This document shows positions 40,233 through 48,606 of a stretch of 64,000 nucleotides of DNA, piece after piece (within the stretch, counting starts at the first letter, position 1; each line of letters starts with the position of its first letter). Source of the stretch: Byssovorax sp. (lineage in GTDB: Bacteria > Myxococcota_A > Polyangia > Polyangiales > Polyangiaceae); assembly GCA_025362495.1 (NCBI GenBank), contig JANYGI010000026.1:66118-130117 (forward strand). Reading direction: 5' to 3'. The translations under genes were made by a program, and so were the position numbers. The notes beneath the pieces are model-generated. The model did no database searches. It was not told the DNA's origin and saw only the letters and a program-made list of their open reading frames with translations.

Positions 40233-41648
40233 GTGGAGATCTGCGAGAACCTGGTCGGTGGCGAGCGTCGCGGCGGCGATCCGCTCCTGGTGCGGAGCCC
40301 GTTCGATGGAGAGGTGATCGGCGAGGCCGCGCTCGGCGGCCCCGAGGTGATCGAGGCAGCGATCGACGCCGCCGTGCGCGCCCAGCCGGCGATGGCGGCG
40401 CTCACGCGCGAGGCCCGCGCCGCGATCCTCGAACGCATGGCCGAGGCCGTGGCGAAGCGGAGCGAGGAGCTCGGGCGCCTGATCCAGCGCGAGTCGGGCA
40501 AGCCGATCACCTACGCGCGGCTCGAGGTCAGCCGCTGCGTCGACACGCTGCGCGCGAGCGCCGACGCCGCGCGCGGGATCGCCGGCGCCGAGATCCCGCT
40601 CGACGCCGCCAGGCCCGGCGAGGGGCGCCTGGCCTTCACGCGGCGCTTTCCCGTGGGGCCCATCGCGTCGATCACGCCCTTCAATTTCCCCCTCAACCTC
40701 GTCGCGCACAAGGTCGGCCCGGCCATCGCCGCGGGCTGCGCCAACGTCGTCAAGCCCGCCTCGCAGACGCCGCTCTCGGCGATCCGGCTCGGCGAGATCG
40801 CCATGGCCGCGGGCCTCCCGCGCGGCGGGATCAACGTCGTCGCCTGCGATCGTCGCACCGGTCAGCGCCTCGTCGAGGACGATCGCTTGCGCCTGCTCAC
40901 CTTCACGGGGAGCCCCGACGTGGGCTTCAAGATGAAGCGCGACGCCGGTAAAAAGCGCGTGGTGCTCGAGCTCGGCGGCAACGCGGCGGCGATCGTGCTG
41001 CCCGACGCCGACGTCGATCACGCGGCCGCGCGCTGCGCCGTCGGCGGCTACTACCAGGCGGGGCAGTCGTGCATCTCGGTGCAGCGGGTGATCGTGCACC
41101 GCGATGTCTACCCGCGGTTTCGCGACGCCCTCGCCGACCGCACGCGGGCGATCCCGTTCGGCGATCCGGCCGACGACGTCACGGTGTGTGGCCCGCTCAT
41201 CGACGAGGGCAACGCCGAGCGGGTGATGACGTGGATCGACGAGGCGCGCGGCCTCGGCGGCAAGATCCTCGTCGGCGGCGATCGCCGCGGCGGCGTGGTC
41301 CCGCCGACGCTGATCGAGGGCGCGCCGGCCACCGCGCGCGTGGTGGCCGACGAGGTCTTCGGCCCGGTGATCGCCCTCTCGATCGCCGACTCGATGGAGC
41401 ACGCCGTCGCCCTCGCCGGCGCGACGCGCTTCGGCCTCCAGTGCGGGATCTTCACCCACGATCTCCGCGCCGTGCTCCACGCGTGGGATCACCTCGATGT
41501 AGGCGGCCTGATCCACAACGATACGCCGGCGTTTCGCGTCGATCTGATGCCGTACGGCGGCGTGCGCGACAGCGGCCTCGGCCGCGAAGGCCCGCGCTAC
41601 ACGGTCGAAGAGCTGACCGAGCAGCGCCTCCTCGTGCTCTCGCGGTGA
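40233..41648 (+). CDS. NAD(P)-dependent aldehyde dehydrogenase
   Basis: ALDH motifs FNFPLNLVAHKVGPAIAAGCANVVKPAS, ELGGNAAAIV, catalytic Cys in GQSCISVQR and EVFGPV. GTG start with SD GGGGGAGAG. Confidence 0.85.
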   Translation: MEICENLVGGERRGGDPLLVRSPFDGEVIGEAALGGPEVIEAAIDAAVRAQPAMAALTREARAAILERMAEAVAKRSEELGRLIQRESGKPITYARLEVSRCVDTLRASADAARGIAGAEIPLDAARPGEGRLAFTRRFPVGPIASITPFNFPLNLVAHKVGPAIAAGCANVVKPASQTPLSAIRLGEIAMAAGLPRGGINVVACDRRTGQRLVEDDRLRLLTFTGSPDVGFKMKRDAGKKRVVLELGGNAAAIVLPDADVDHAAARCAVGGYYQAGQSCISVQRVIVHRDVYPRFRDALADRTRAIPFGDPADDVTVCGPLIDEGNAERVMTWIDEARGLGGKILVGGDRRGGVVPPTLIEGAPATARVVADEVFGPVIALSIADSMEHAVALAGATRFGLQCGIFTHDLRAVLHAWDHLDVGGLIHNDTPAFRVDLMPYGGVRDSGLGREGPRYTVEELTEQRLLVLSR

Positions 41649-41692
41649 CCACCAGATCCAGAGCATCTCCGATTCAGATCTGGATCTCCCTC

Positions 41693-41838
41693 TGATGTGG
41701 GGCGGGCCTCCGCGCCCGCCGCATGGACCGGCTCGAGCCACAAAGCCGAGTGAAACCGGTTCGAGAGTGGATCCGGCTCAGGTCGGGGCTGCTGTAGAGG
41801 TTCCATGTGGCGGGCACGGAGGCCCGCCCCACACCAGA
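41693..41838. repeat. Nested inverted-repeat element (35-bp arms with 3 mismatches around a palindrome-rich 76-bp core)
   Basis: Arm 41693-41727 ctgatgtggggcgggcctccgcgcccgccgcatgg versus the RC of 41804-41838 ctggtgtggggcgggcctccgtgcccgccacatgg. The core contains the perfect palindromes GGCTCGAGCC and AACCGGTT. A 9-bp hairpin AGATCCAGA/TCTGGATCT sits just upstream (41655-41690). Confidence 0.7.
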
Positions 41839-41857
41839 AAATGCACCAGAAAAGGCT

Positions 41858-44149
41858 TCAGAGACCGAAGCGCTCGATGATCGCCGCCTGGCGCTCCAGC
41901 TCGCCCGTGAGCTCGAGCGCCTGGGCGAGGCCCGGCCACACCAGCGGTGACTCGTCGGCTCCCCCGTGGCGCGCCAGCAGATCGTGGAGCTCGCGGCGCG
42001 AGCAGCCTGCCGGGGCCGCGAGGTACGCGAGCAGCCCCGGGCGCGCCGCGTCGGTCGCCGCTTCGGTCACGACGTAGGTCGCGTCGCTCTGCACCGCGAG
42101 CACGCAGCCGCGCGCCTTGAGATCCGCGCGCAGGGCCTCCAGCCGCTCGGCCCCCGGGTGGACGCCGTCGAGCAAATAAGACTCGTATTCGCCTGGTTTT
42201 CGCGTCGTGATCGCCGGGTAGAGGTAGGTGTGATTCTCCTCGCCCGCGCCGGGCGCGGGGTTACGCGGGGCGGCCTCGAAGACGATCTCGTCGCCGTAGT
42301 GCTGCGGCGCGCGCGGCCGCGCGACCTCGAGGATCCGCGCCGTCACCGGCCCGGTGCGCAGCGCGTGGTGGACGCCGACCTCGCCGTCGGGCTCGCGCAG
42401 CTCGATCCGGCAAAGGCCCCAGGCCTCCTCGATCGGGCCCTCGCCCTGCACGTTCATCCCGATGCGGATCGCCGACGCGCGCACCGCGTCCCAGCGGCCG
42501 AGGAGCGTGGCCGTGACCATTCGATCCCAGTCGTGGTTGCCCGCGCGCGGCTCGCGCTCGACCAGCCGATCGAGGCGCGCGAGCGACTCTTCCAGGCGAC
42601 CCGCTTCGCGATCGAGGCTCGCCAGGAGCAGCTCGAGCCGCAGGTTCCCGGGCTCCAGCGCGAGCATCGCTTCGAGGTGCGGGCGAGCCTTCTCGCGCTC
42701 GTCTTCCTGCTGATAGGCCGTCGCGAGGAGGAAGTGCGCGCCCACCGCGATCTCGCCCTTCGGCTCCGCGGCGAGCGACGCCTCCGCGAGCGCGCGCGCC
42801 TCGGGGGATCGCTTCTGATCCAGCAGCGACTGGCCGAGCGTCATCAGCACGCCGTGCGCGCCGGGGAAGGCCGTGAGGTGCGCGCGCAGCCCGGCCTCGG
42901 CCTCGGCGTGGCGCGAGAGGGCGCGGCGCGCCGACGCCGCGATGATCGCCAGCCGCTCCTCGTCGGGAAAGCGCGCGCGCCCCGCCGCGAGGATCTCCAG
43001 ATCGGTCTCGGGATCGCTGGTGAGCTGAGCGAGCGCGAGCTCGGCGCTGCCCGGCGGATGGCGCGCATCCTTCACGGCCTCGCGCGCGGCCGCGATCGCC
43101 GTGTCGAGCCGCGCGAGATCGTCGTCGGCGCCGAGCGGCCGCCGCAAGCGCGGGACGAGCGCGCGGATCGACGCGGCGGCGTGCTCCGCGGTGCCGAGGC
43201 GATCGCGGGCGATGGCGAGCTCGGCGCGCCGATGCGCGATGCCGATCGCGACGCGCACCACGCCGCTGTCGGCGAGCTTGGTCTCGAGCTCGAAGAAGCG
43301 GGCCTCGAGCTTCCAGTCACCGGGCGCGGCCAGCGCGAGCGCGAGGGCGTGCATGGCCTGCGTCCAGCGCTCGTAGAGGCTCGGCGTCGGGAGGATCCGA
43401 TCGAACGGCGGCAGCGCGAGCAGCGCCTCTTCGCAGCGTCCGAGCCTCGCCAGGAGCCTGGCCGCGTCGAGCGCGTGGGTGAGCTGATCGTTGACGTCGG
43501 TCTCGGTCTCGCGCGCCCGCAGCGCCACCGCGAGCGCCTCGTCGAGGCGATCGAGCCGGAACAGCGCCTCGGTCCGCGCGGTCGCGAGGTGGCGCGTCGC
43601 GGCCCCGCGCCCGGCGCCCACCAGCGCCTCGGCCTGGGCGTCGAGGAACGCGACCGCGGCCGCCGCCCTGCCGTCGTCGATCAGGCCGTAGGCGTACTCG
43701 CTTGAAATGCAGGTGAAACAGGGCCATTTCGCGTCGATGCGCGCCAGCGTCTCGCGGGCGACGGCGATCCGATCCGGGGCGTAGCCCGGCCCGTCGAGCT
43801 CGGCGTAGCAGCCCGCGAGATCCTGGATCACGCACACGCTCTGCGGGCAGTCGCGCGCCTCGTCGCGCGACGCGAGCTCGAGCAGGCGCACCGCCTCGGG
43901 CAGGTACGCCGTGGCCTCGTGGCGGTGGAGGATGCGGCTCTGCAGGTTCCAGTGGCGAATGAAGAGCTCGAGCCAGGGGCTCTTGGCCTCGCGCGCGAGG
44001 GCCAGCGCCTCGGGCACGATGGCGTCGAGCTGCGCGTGCTCGTGGTTGACGACGTGGCCGGGGATGCGGCGGGTGAGCTCGGCTAGGCGGGGCCTCCCGC
44101 TCTCGTTCAGCTCGCGTTGCAGATCGTGAACCCAGCGCCAGATGTCCAT
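41858..44149 (-). CDS. Large alpha-helical (TPR-like) hypothetical protein, co-operonic with an Hsp90-like ATPase
   Basis: 763 aa, Ala/Leu/Arg-rich helical repeats, two Cys pairs near the N-terminus (CPQSVC and CFTC). No motif I can assign. Its start lies 4 nt after the stop of the upstream Hsp90-like gene. Confidence 0.55.
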   Translation of the reverse strand: MDIWRWVHDLQRELNESGRPRLAELTRRIPGHVVNHEHAQLDAIVPEALALAREAKSPWLELFIRHWNLQSRILHRHEATAYLPEAVRLLELASRDEARDCPQSVCVIQDLAGCYAELDGPGYAPDRIAVARETLARIDAKWPCFTCISSEYAYGLIDDGRAAAAVAFLDAQAEALVGAGRGAATRHLATARTEALFRLDRLDEALAVALRARETETDVNDQLTHALDAARLLARLGRCEEALLALPPFDRILPTPSLYERWTQAMHALALALAAPGDWKLEARFFELETKLADSGVVRVAIGIAHRRAELAIARDRLGTAEHAAASIRALVPRLRRPLGADDDLARLDTAIAAAREAVKDARHPPGSAELALAQLTSDPETDLEILAAGRARFPDEERLAIIAASARRALSRHAEAEAGLRAHLTAFPGAHGVLMTLGQSLLDQKRSPEARALAEASLAAEPKGEIAVGAHFLLATAYQQEDEREKARPHLEAMLALEPGNLRLELLLASLDREAGRLEESLARLDRLVEREPRAGNHDWDRMVTATLLGRWDAVRASAIRIGMNVQGEGPIEEAWGLCRIELREPDGEVGVHHALRTGPVTARILEVARPRAPQHYGDEIVFEAAPRNPAPGAGEENHTYLYPAITTRKPGEYESYLLDGVHPGAERLEALRADLKARGCVLAVQSDATYVVTEAATDAARPGLLAYLAAPAGCSRRELHDLLARHGGADESPLVWPGLAQALELTGELERQAAIIERFGL

Positions 44150-44153
44150 GATT

Positions 44154-46025
44154 TCAAGCCGATTTCAGGAGCGCGAGCAGCGCGTCCGAGAGGGCCGCGA
44201 GGTGATCTCCGACCTCGCCCGAGGCGCCGTCGTCGCGCCCGGCCATCAGCCCGGCGACGCCGCGCAGGAGCCGCGCGGCCTGCTCGGCGCGCGCCTCCTC
44301 GGCGGGCCCGCTCGCCGCGAGGATCCGCGCGATCACCGGCGTGTCGAGGTTGACGTAGAGCCGCGCCTCGACGCCCGCGTCGATGGTCTTCGTGAAGAGG
44401 CGCGCCATGCCGAGGACCGCCGTCGAGACCTTCTTGTCGGCCTCGTCGCGCTCGAGGATCTCCTTCAGCGCCACGTCGCGATCGGGCACCAGGACCAGCG
44501 GGAGCGTGTCGGGAGCGAAGCGCGCGGGGACGACCTCCTGCCGCTCGCCATGGAAAAGCGCGCGGAGCCGCGCGGCGTGCGCGTCCGACACCTCCGCGCG
44601 CGGGAACAGCGACTGGTTGCCCTGCTTGGTGCCGAGCTGGACGACGGCGCCGCCGACGCGCTGCGCGTAGGCCTGGCAGAAGGGCAGGGCCGCGTAGCGC
44701 ACGCCGGTCACCACCGGGACGCGGAGCGCGCGGAAGAGGATCTCCTCGTAGCCGCCCTGTTCGCCCATGGAAACGTGGATCTTCCCGCCGCTCTTCTTGC
44801 GCACCGCGGGCACGGTGAGACCGCCCTCGCTCGTCGGCACCTTGAGGTCGGGCGCCAGCAGATCGAAGAGCCGCGGATCGCAGATCGCCGCGCCGAGCAG
44901 GGCCTCGTTGTGGCGCAGCAAGACGCGGCGCCACGTGGCCGGCTCGTGCTCGGCGAGGTGCGCGAGCCCGCTGATCAGCGCCCCCTGGATCTGCCCGGCG
45001 AGGTGGTGGTACGCGGCGTCGCGCTGCACGTCCTCGCGGCTCGCCGTCGGCGTGAGCGCGTCGGCCTCGATCACGCCGCCGACGAAGCCGGCCCACGGCG
45101 GCAGCAGATCGCGCTCGTCGGGGCTGACGAGCATGCCGCGCACGAAGACCGAGATGTTGCGGTTGTCCGAGGTGCCGTAGGTCGCGCCGTCCTGCACCCA
45201 GAGCAGGCCGCGCGGGCCGCCGCCGACGTCGTTGGCGGACGCGGTCGGGTCGGCCTCGGGCTTGACGTCGAAGGTGCAGAGCGGCTCGAACCGCGACTCG
45301 AAGCGGCGCGCGAAATCGAGGCTCCGGCGGCGGTGGAGCAGGGGCGAGTCGCCCTCGTCGCGCCAGGGCGGGGCGGGGCGATTCACGGCGTCGCTCGTCG
45401 CGCTCCCGAGGTGGATCGGGAACGTGAGCATGCAGGCGTAGCGCTCGAGCAGGCGAGGCACGAGATCCACGCTCGCGAGCAGCGCGAACGCCTCGCCGAG
45501 GTGGAGCACGACGCGCGTGCCGACGAGCCCCGCCGGCGCCGGGCCGAGCTGGTAGCGCTCGCCGCCGCGGCTCTGAAAATGCCACCCGAGCGTGGGCTCC
45601 TGGTACGAAGTGGTGAACAGGTCGACGCGCTCGCTCACCACGAACGCCGAGAGAAAGCCGAGGCCGAACGCGCCGATCAGCGCCTCTCCGCCGCGCCCTT
45701 CGGCCCGCAATTTCCCGGTGTATCCCGCGCCGACGGTGGCCAGGTACTTCACGATCTCGTCGTGGGTGAGCCCGGCGCCCGTGTCGGTGATCGTCAGCGT
45801 GCGCTTCACCGGATCGGGCGTGACCACGATCATCGGCTCGAACGGCGACGGGTCCTCGAGCTGCCGGCGCACGCACGAGTCGTGCGCGTTCTGCACCAGC
45901 TCCCGCAGCGCGACGTGGGGCGTGGAATAGAGGTTGTTCCCGAGCACCCGCATCAGACCGGCGAGGTCGACCTGGGTGCGCAGCAGCTCGACCGGCTCGC
46001 TCATGCGAGCGGGATCAGAGCGCAC
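44154..46025 (-). CDS. Divergent Hsp90/HtpG-family ATPase (GHKL N-domain plus Hsp90 middle domain)
   Basis: [27 protein letters not shown] aligns with HtpG [40 protein letters not shown] aligns with [26 protein letters not shown] with LIGQFGVGFYSAF, and the middle-domain catalytic-Arg region VFVRGMLVS...[10 protein letters not shown] with VFIMDD...NVSREILQDS. An alternative start exists at 46004. Confidence 0.7.
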   Translation of the reverse strand: [623 protein letters not shown]

Positions 46026-46109
46026 CTCGGCCGCGAAATCGAGCGCGGCGGCCTCCCCGCGCGATCGACGCGGAAATAGAGCGCTTTCACGCCCGCAGCG
46101 TGGCCGCGG

Positions 46110-46523
46110 TCAGCGGAACTTCGAGTGGCACTCCTTGCACGTGGCCTTCATGTCGCCGAGGGCCGCGCTCGCGCCCGCCGAGTCCTTCGCGGTCGCGGCG
46201 ACGCCGAGGGCCTTGGCCTTGTCGTTGAGCTTCGTGGCCAGCGCGTCGAAATCGGGACCCTTCGTGAAGTCCTTCGTTTTCAGGCTCGTCGCCTGGATGC
46301 GCTCGGAAACGAGGGTGAACGCCGCCCAGTCCGCGTCGACGTAGCTCGTCGCGCCGATCTTCTTCCACTGCGGATCGGCCACGGTCGCCTGGTTGTCCAT
46401 CACGATCGTCAGGCTGGTGAGCTTGGGGATGTCGTTGACGGGCGTGTTGGTGATCGGCGCTCCGCAGTGGACGGCGGCGAGAGCGAGCGTGGCGGCGAGG
46501 ATCGTGGTCGGGGCGAGGCGCAT
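46110..46523 (-). CDS. Cytochrome c' (class II c-type cytochrome), periplasmic
   Basis: Signal peptide MRLAPTTILAATLALAAVHC, a roughly 110-aa helical body, and a single C-terminal haem site CKECH eight residues from the end. Confidence 0.6.
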   Translation of the reverse strand: MRLAPTTILAATLALAAVHCGAPITNTPVNDIPKLTSLTIVMDNQATVADPQWKKIGATSYVDADWAAFTLVSERIQATSLKTKDFTKGPDFDALATKLNDKAKALGVAATAKDSAGASAALGDMKATCKECHSKFR

Positions 46524-46614
46524 GAGGGATTTCCTGAGGAAGCGGGCGGCGATTATCCACGCCGATGCTCGGAGGCGGTCCAGAAATCGATCGCCTGGGT
46601 TATCCTGCGCCGCC

Positions 46615-48210
46615 ATGCGGGTCTGGACTGATGGAACGATTCATCTCGTCTCCGGCGAGGAAGGAATCGAAGTGCACCGGCCGAACACGGCAGCGGTGCT
46701 TCACGCGCTCGGGAAACCCCAGAAGCGCGCTCACGCGCCGCGCGACGTGCTCGCGGTCGTGACGAGCGAGCCGCTCCGCGCCTGGGTCGGCAGCGGATCG
46801 GACGTGAAGCTCGTGACGATCGACGAGGGCGCGAACGTCGACAAGACGATCGCGGCCAACGTCCTCGACGCGATCGGGCTCGGCGACGGCCGCGTGCTCG
46901 CGTGCGTGGTGCTCCCCGGCGAGCGTAGCCCGCGCCTCGTCGTCGTCGACGGCGTGTCCCCCGATTTCGCCGGCGCGACCGACCTGTCGATCCCGACAGC
47001 GAAGCGGATCACCTGGCCCGGCGGCATCTGGGACAAAGAGGTCGCCTGGCCCGAAGACGACGTGGAAGAGGGCGACGAGCCCCTCGCGCTCGACGCGCTG
47101 GCCCTCGGCTACCCCCAGACCGACGGCCGCTTTCTCTACGACGAGGTCCTGATCTCGGCCAACGAGCACGGCATCACGGTGACGGGCGTGTACGTCGGCA
47201 TCGTCGCCGCGCTGCCGCCCGACGCGAGCAAGATCGACTTCGCCTTCCGCGTGCCGACGCAGGCGGGCGAGACCGAGATCTTCGCGGCGCGCACCGGCAC
47301 GGGCGGCGTGGTCGTCGTCCACGCCATCGAGGGTCGGAGCTCGGCGGTGACGCACCTCGCGAGCGACGGCGCCGTCCTCGGGAGCCGCCACAAGATCGGG
47401 CGCGATCTCGCGATGGGAATGGGCCCGCCCGTCGTGCAGGGCGAGCGCGTCCTCGTCTTCGAGGCCGGCGCAAAAGAAGCCGATCGTCTCCACGAGCTGA
47501 AGCTTCCCGCGCTCGAGGTCGCGAAATCGGCCGAGCTCGGCGATCACCCGACGGGGCGCCTCTCGGTGGCCGTCGCGCCGACGGGTGATCCGTTCGTCCT
47601 CGGCCTCGGCGGCAAGGCGCGGCTCGTGAAGCGCGGCGCGCGCGGCCGGCTCGACACCGAGGCGCTGGTGCGTCCGGTGCCCAAGGTCGTCGCGCTGCCG
47701 CGAGCGATCGTGCAGGCGCCGTCGCTGCGCGTGCAAGGCCCGCCGGCGCTGGCGCTGTCGAAGGGGGATCAGCGCCCGGCGCCCTGGATGATGATGGCCG
47801 GCGAGGCCTTCGTGATCGAGATCCCGTTCACCAACCAGGGCGGCGCCAGCCGCGGGATCGCGATCGAGATCTCGGGCCCCGCGCTCCAGACCGGCCTCGT
47901 GCGCACGGCGCGGGCCCGCGTCGGCGACGTCGAGACGATGCTCGAGAGCAAGCCTGGCGCGACGTCGGTGCGCGGCGAGCTCGGCGACGTGGCGATGGAG
48001 GCCGGCTTCACGCCGATCGGCGGCGACAAGAAGGGCGCGCTGCCGCCCCCCGCGGCGCCCTCGCTCTACCTGCGGATCGAGGTCTTCGGCGTCACGCCGG
48101 GCAACGGCGTGCTCACCGTCCGCATCACGCCGCTCAGGGCCCCGCCGGGCCGCGGCTCGGTGCTGCAAGGCAAGAGCGTCACCGTCAGCGCGACCATCCC
48201 CGAGCTCTGA
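46615..48210 (+). CDS. Hypothetical protein (531 aa)
   Basis: Start MRVWTDGTIHLV verified at 46615. Good composition with no signal peptide. Divergently transcribed from the cytochrome c' gene. No recognised domain. Confidence 0.45.
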   Translation: MRVWTDGTIHLVSGEEGIEVHRPNTAAVLHALGKPQKRAHAPRDVLAVVTSEPLRAWVGSGSDVKLVTIDEGANVDKTIAANVLDAIGLGDGRVLACVVLPGERSPRLVVVDGVSPDFAGATDLSIPTAKRITWPGGIWDKEVAWPEDDVEEGDEPLALDALALGYPQTDGRFLYDEVLISANEHGITVTGVYVGIVAALPPDASKIDFAFRVPTQAGETEIFAARTGTGGVVVVHAIEGRSSAVTHLASDGAVLGSRHKIGRDLAMGMGPPVVQGERVLVFEAGAKEADRLHELKLPALEVAKSAELGDHPTGRLSVAVAPTGDPFVLGLGGKARLVKRGARGRLDTEALVRPVPKVVALPRAIVQAPSLRVQGPPALALSKGDQRPAPWMMMAGEAFVIEIPFTNQGGASRGIAIEISGPALQTGLVRTARARVGDVETMLESKPGATSVRGELGDVAMEAGFTPIGGDKKGALPPPAAPSLYLRIEVFGVTPGNGVLTVRITPLRAPPGRGSVLQGKSVTVSATIPEL

Positions 48211-48606
48211 GCCAGCAAGATCGGGGGGGAACGATCAGCCGATCGTTCCTCCTCGATTCGCCTTTATTTCTAGGCGATCCGCGATCCCGCAGGGAGAGTC
48301 GACCGCGGAGTTCGTGCACGAGCCCGCGCACAGCGTCGAGCCGGGGCAGGTGACCGGGGCGCCGGCTGCTTCGCGCAGCCCGCCCAGCCGCCCGCGGCCG
48401 CCACCAGAAGAAGGCCGATCCCGGCCGCGCTGGCGATGGACCACCCTGACTTGACCGTGAAACACCTCATCTCCAAGAAGAGCTCGCCCCCGCCGGACGG
48501 CCTCCTCACGCCTCGAATCGCGCCGCAAACAGAGAAACCGGAGGCGACCCGCCCGCAATCAGTCCTCGCCAGTGCGGCCGATTTCGCGTACACTGCGCGC
48601 CCTTTC

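Noticed and set aside
39240-41741. 833-aa minus-strand ORF
   Set aside because: Only the 3' 263 codons (the PP2C phosphatase, start verified at 40031) are real. The upstream part is antisense to the aldehyde dehydrogenase and Arg-rich.
44154-46025. Calling the Hsp90-like gene a MORC or MutL-type GHKL ATPase of a restriction-like system
   Set aside because: The middle domain aligns with the Hsp90 catalytic-Arg region, not with MutL or MORC transducer domains. No nuclease or methylase neighbour is present.
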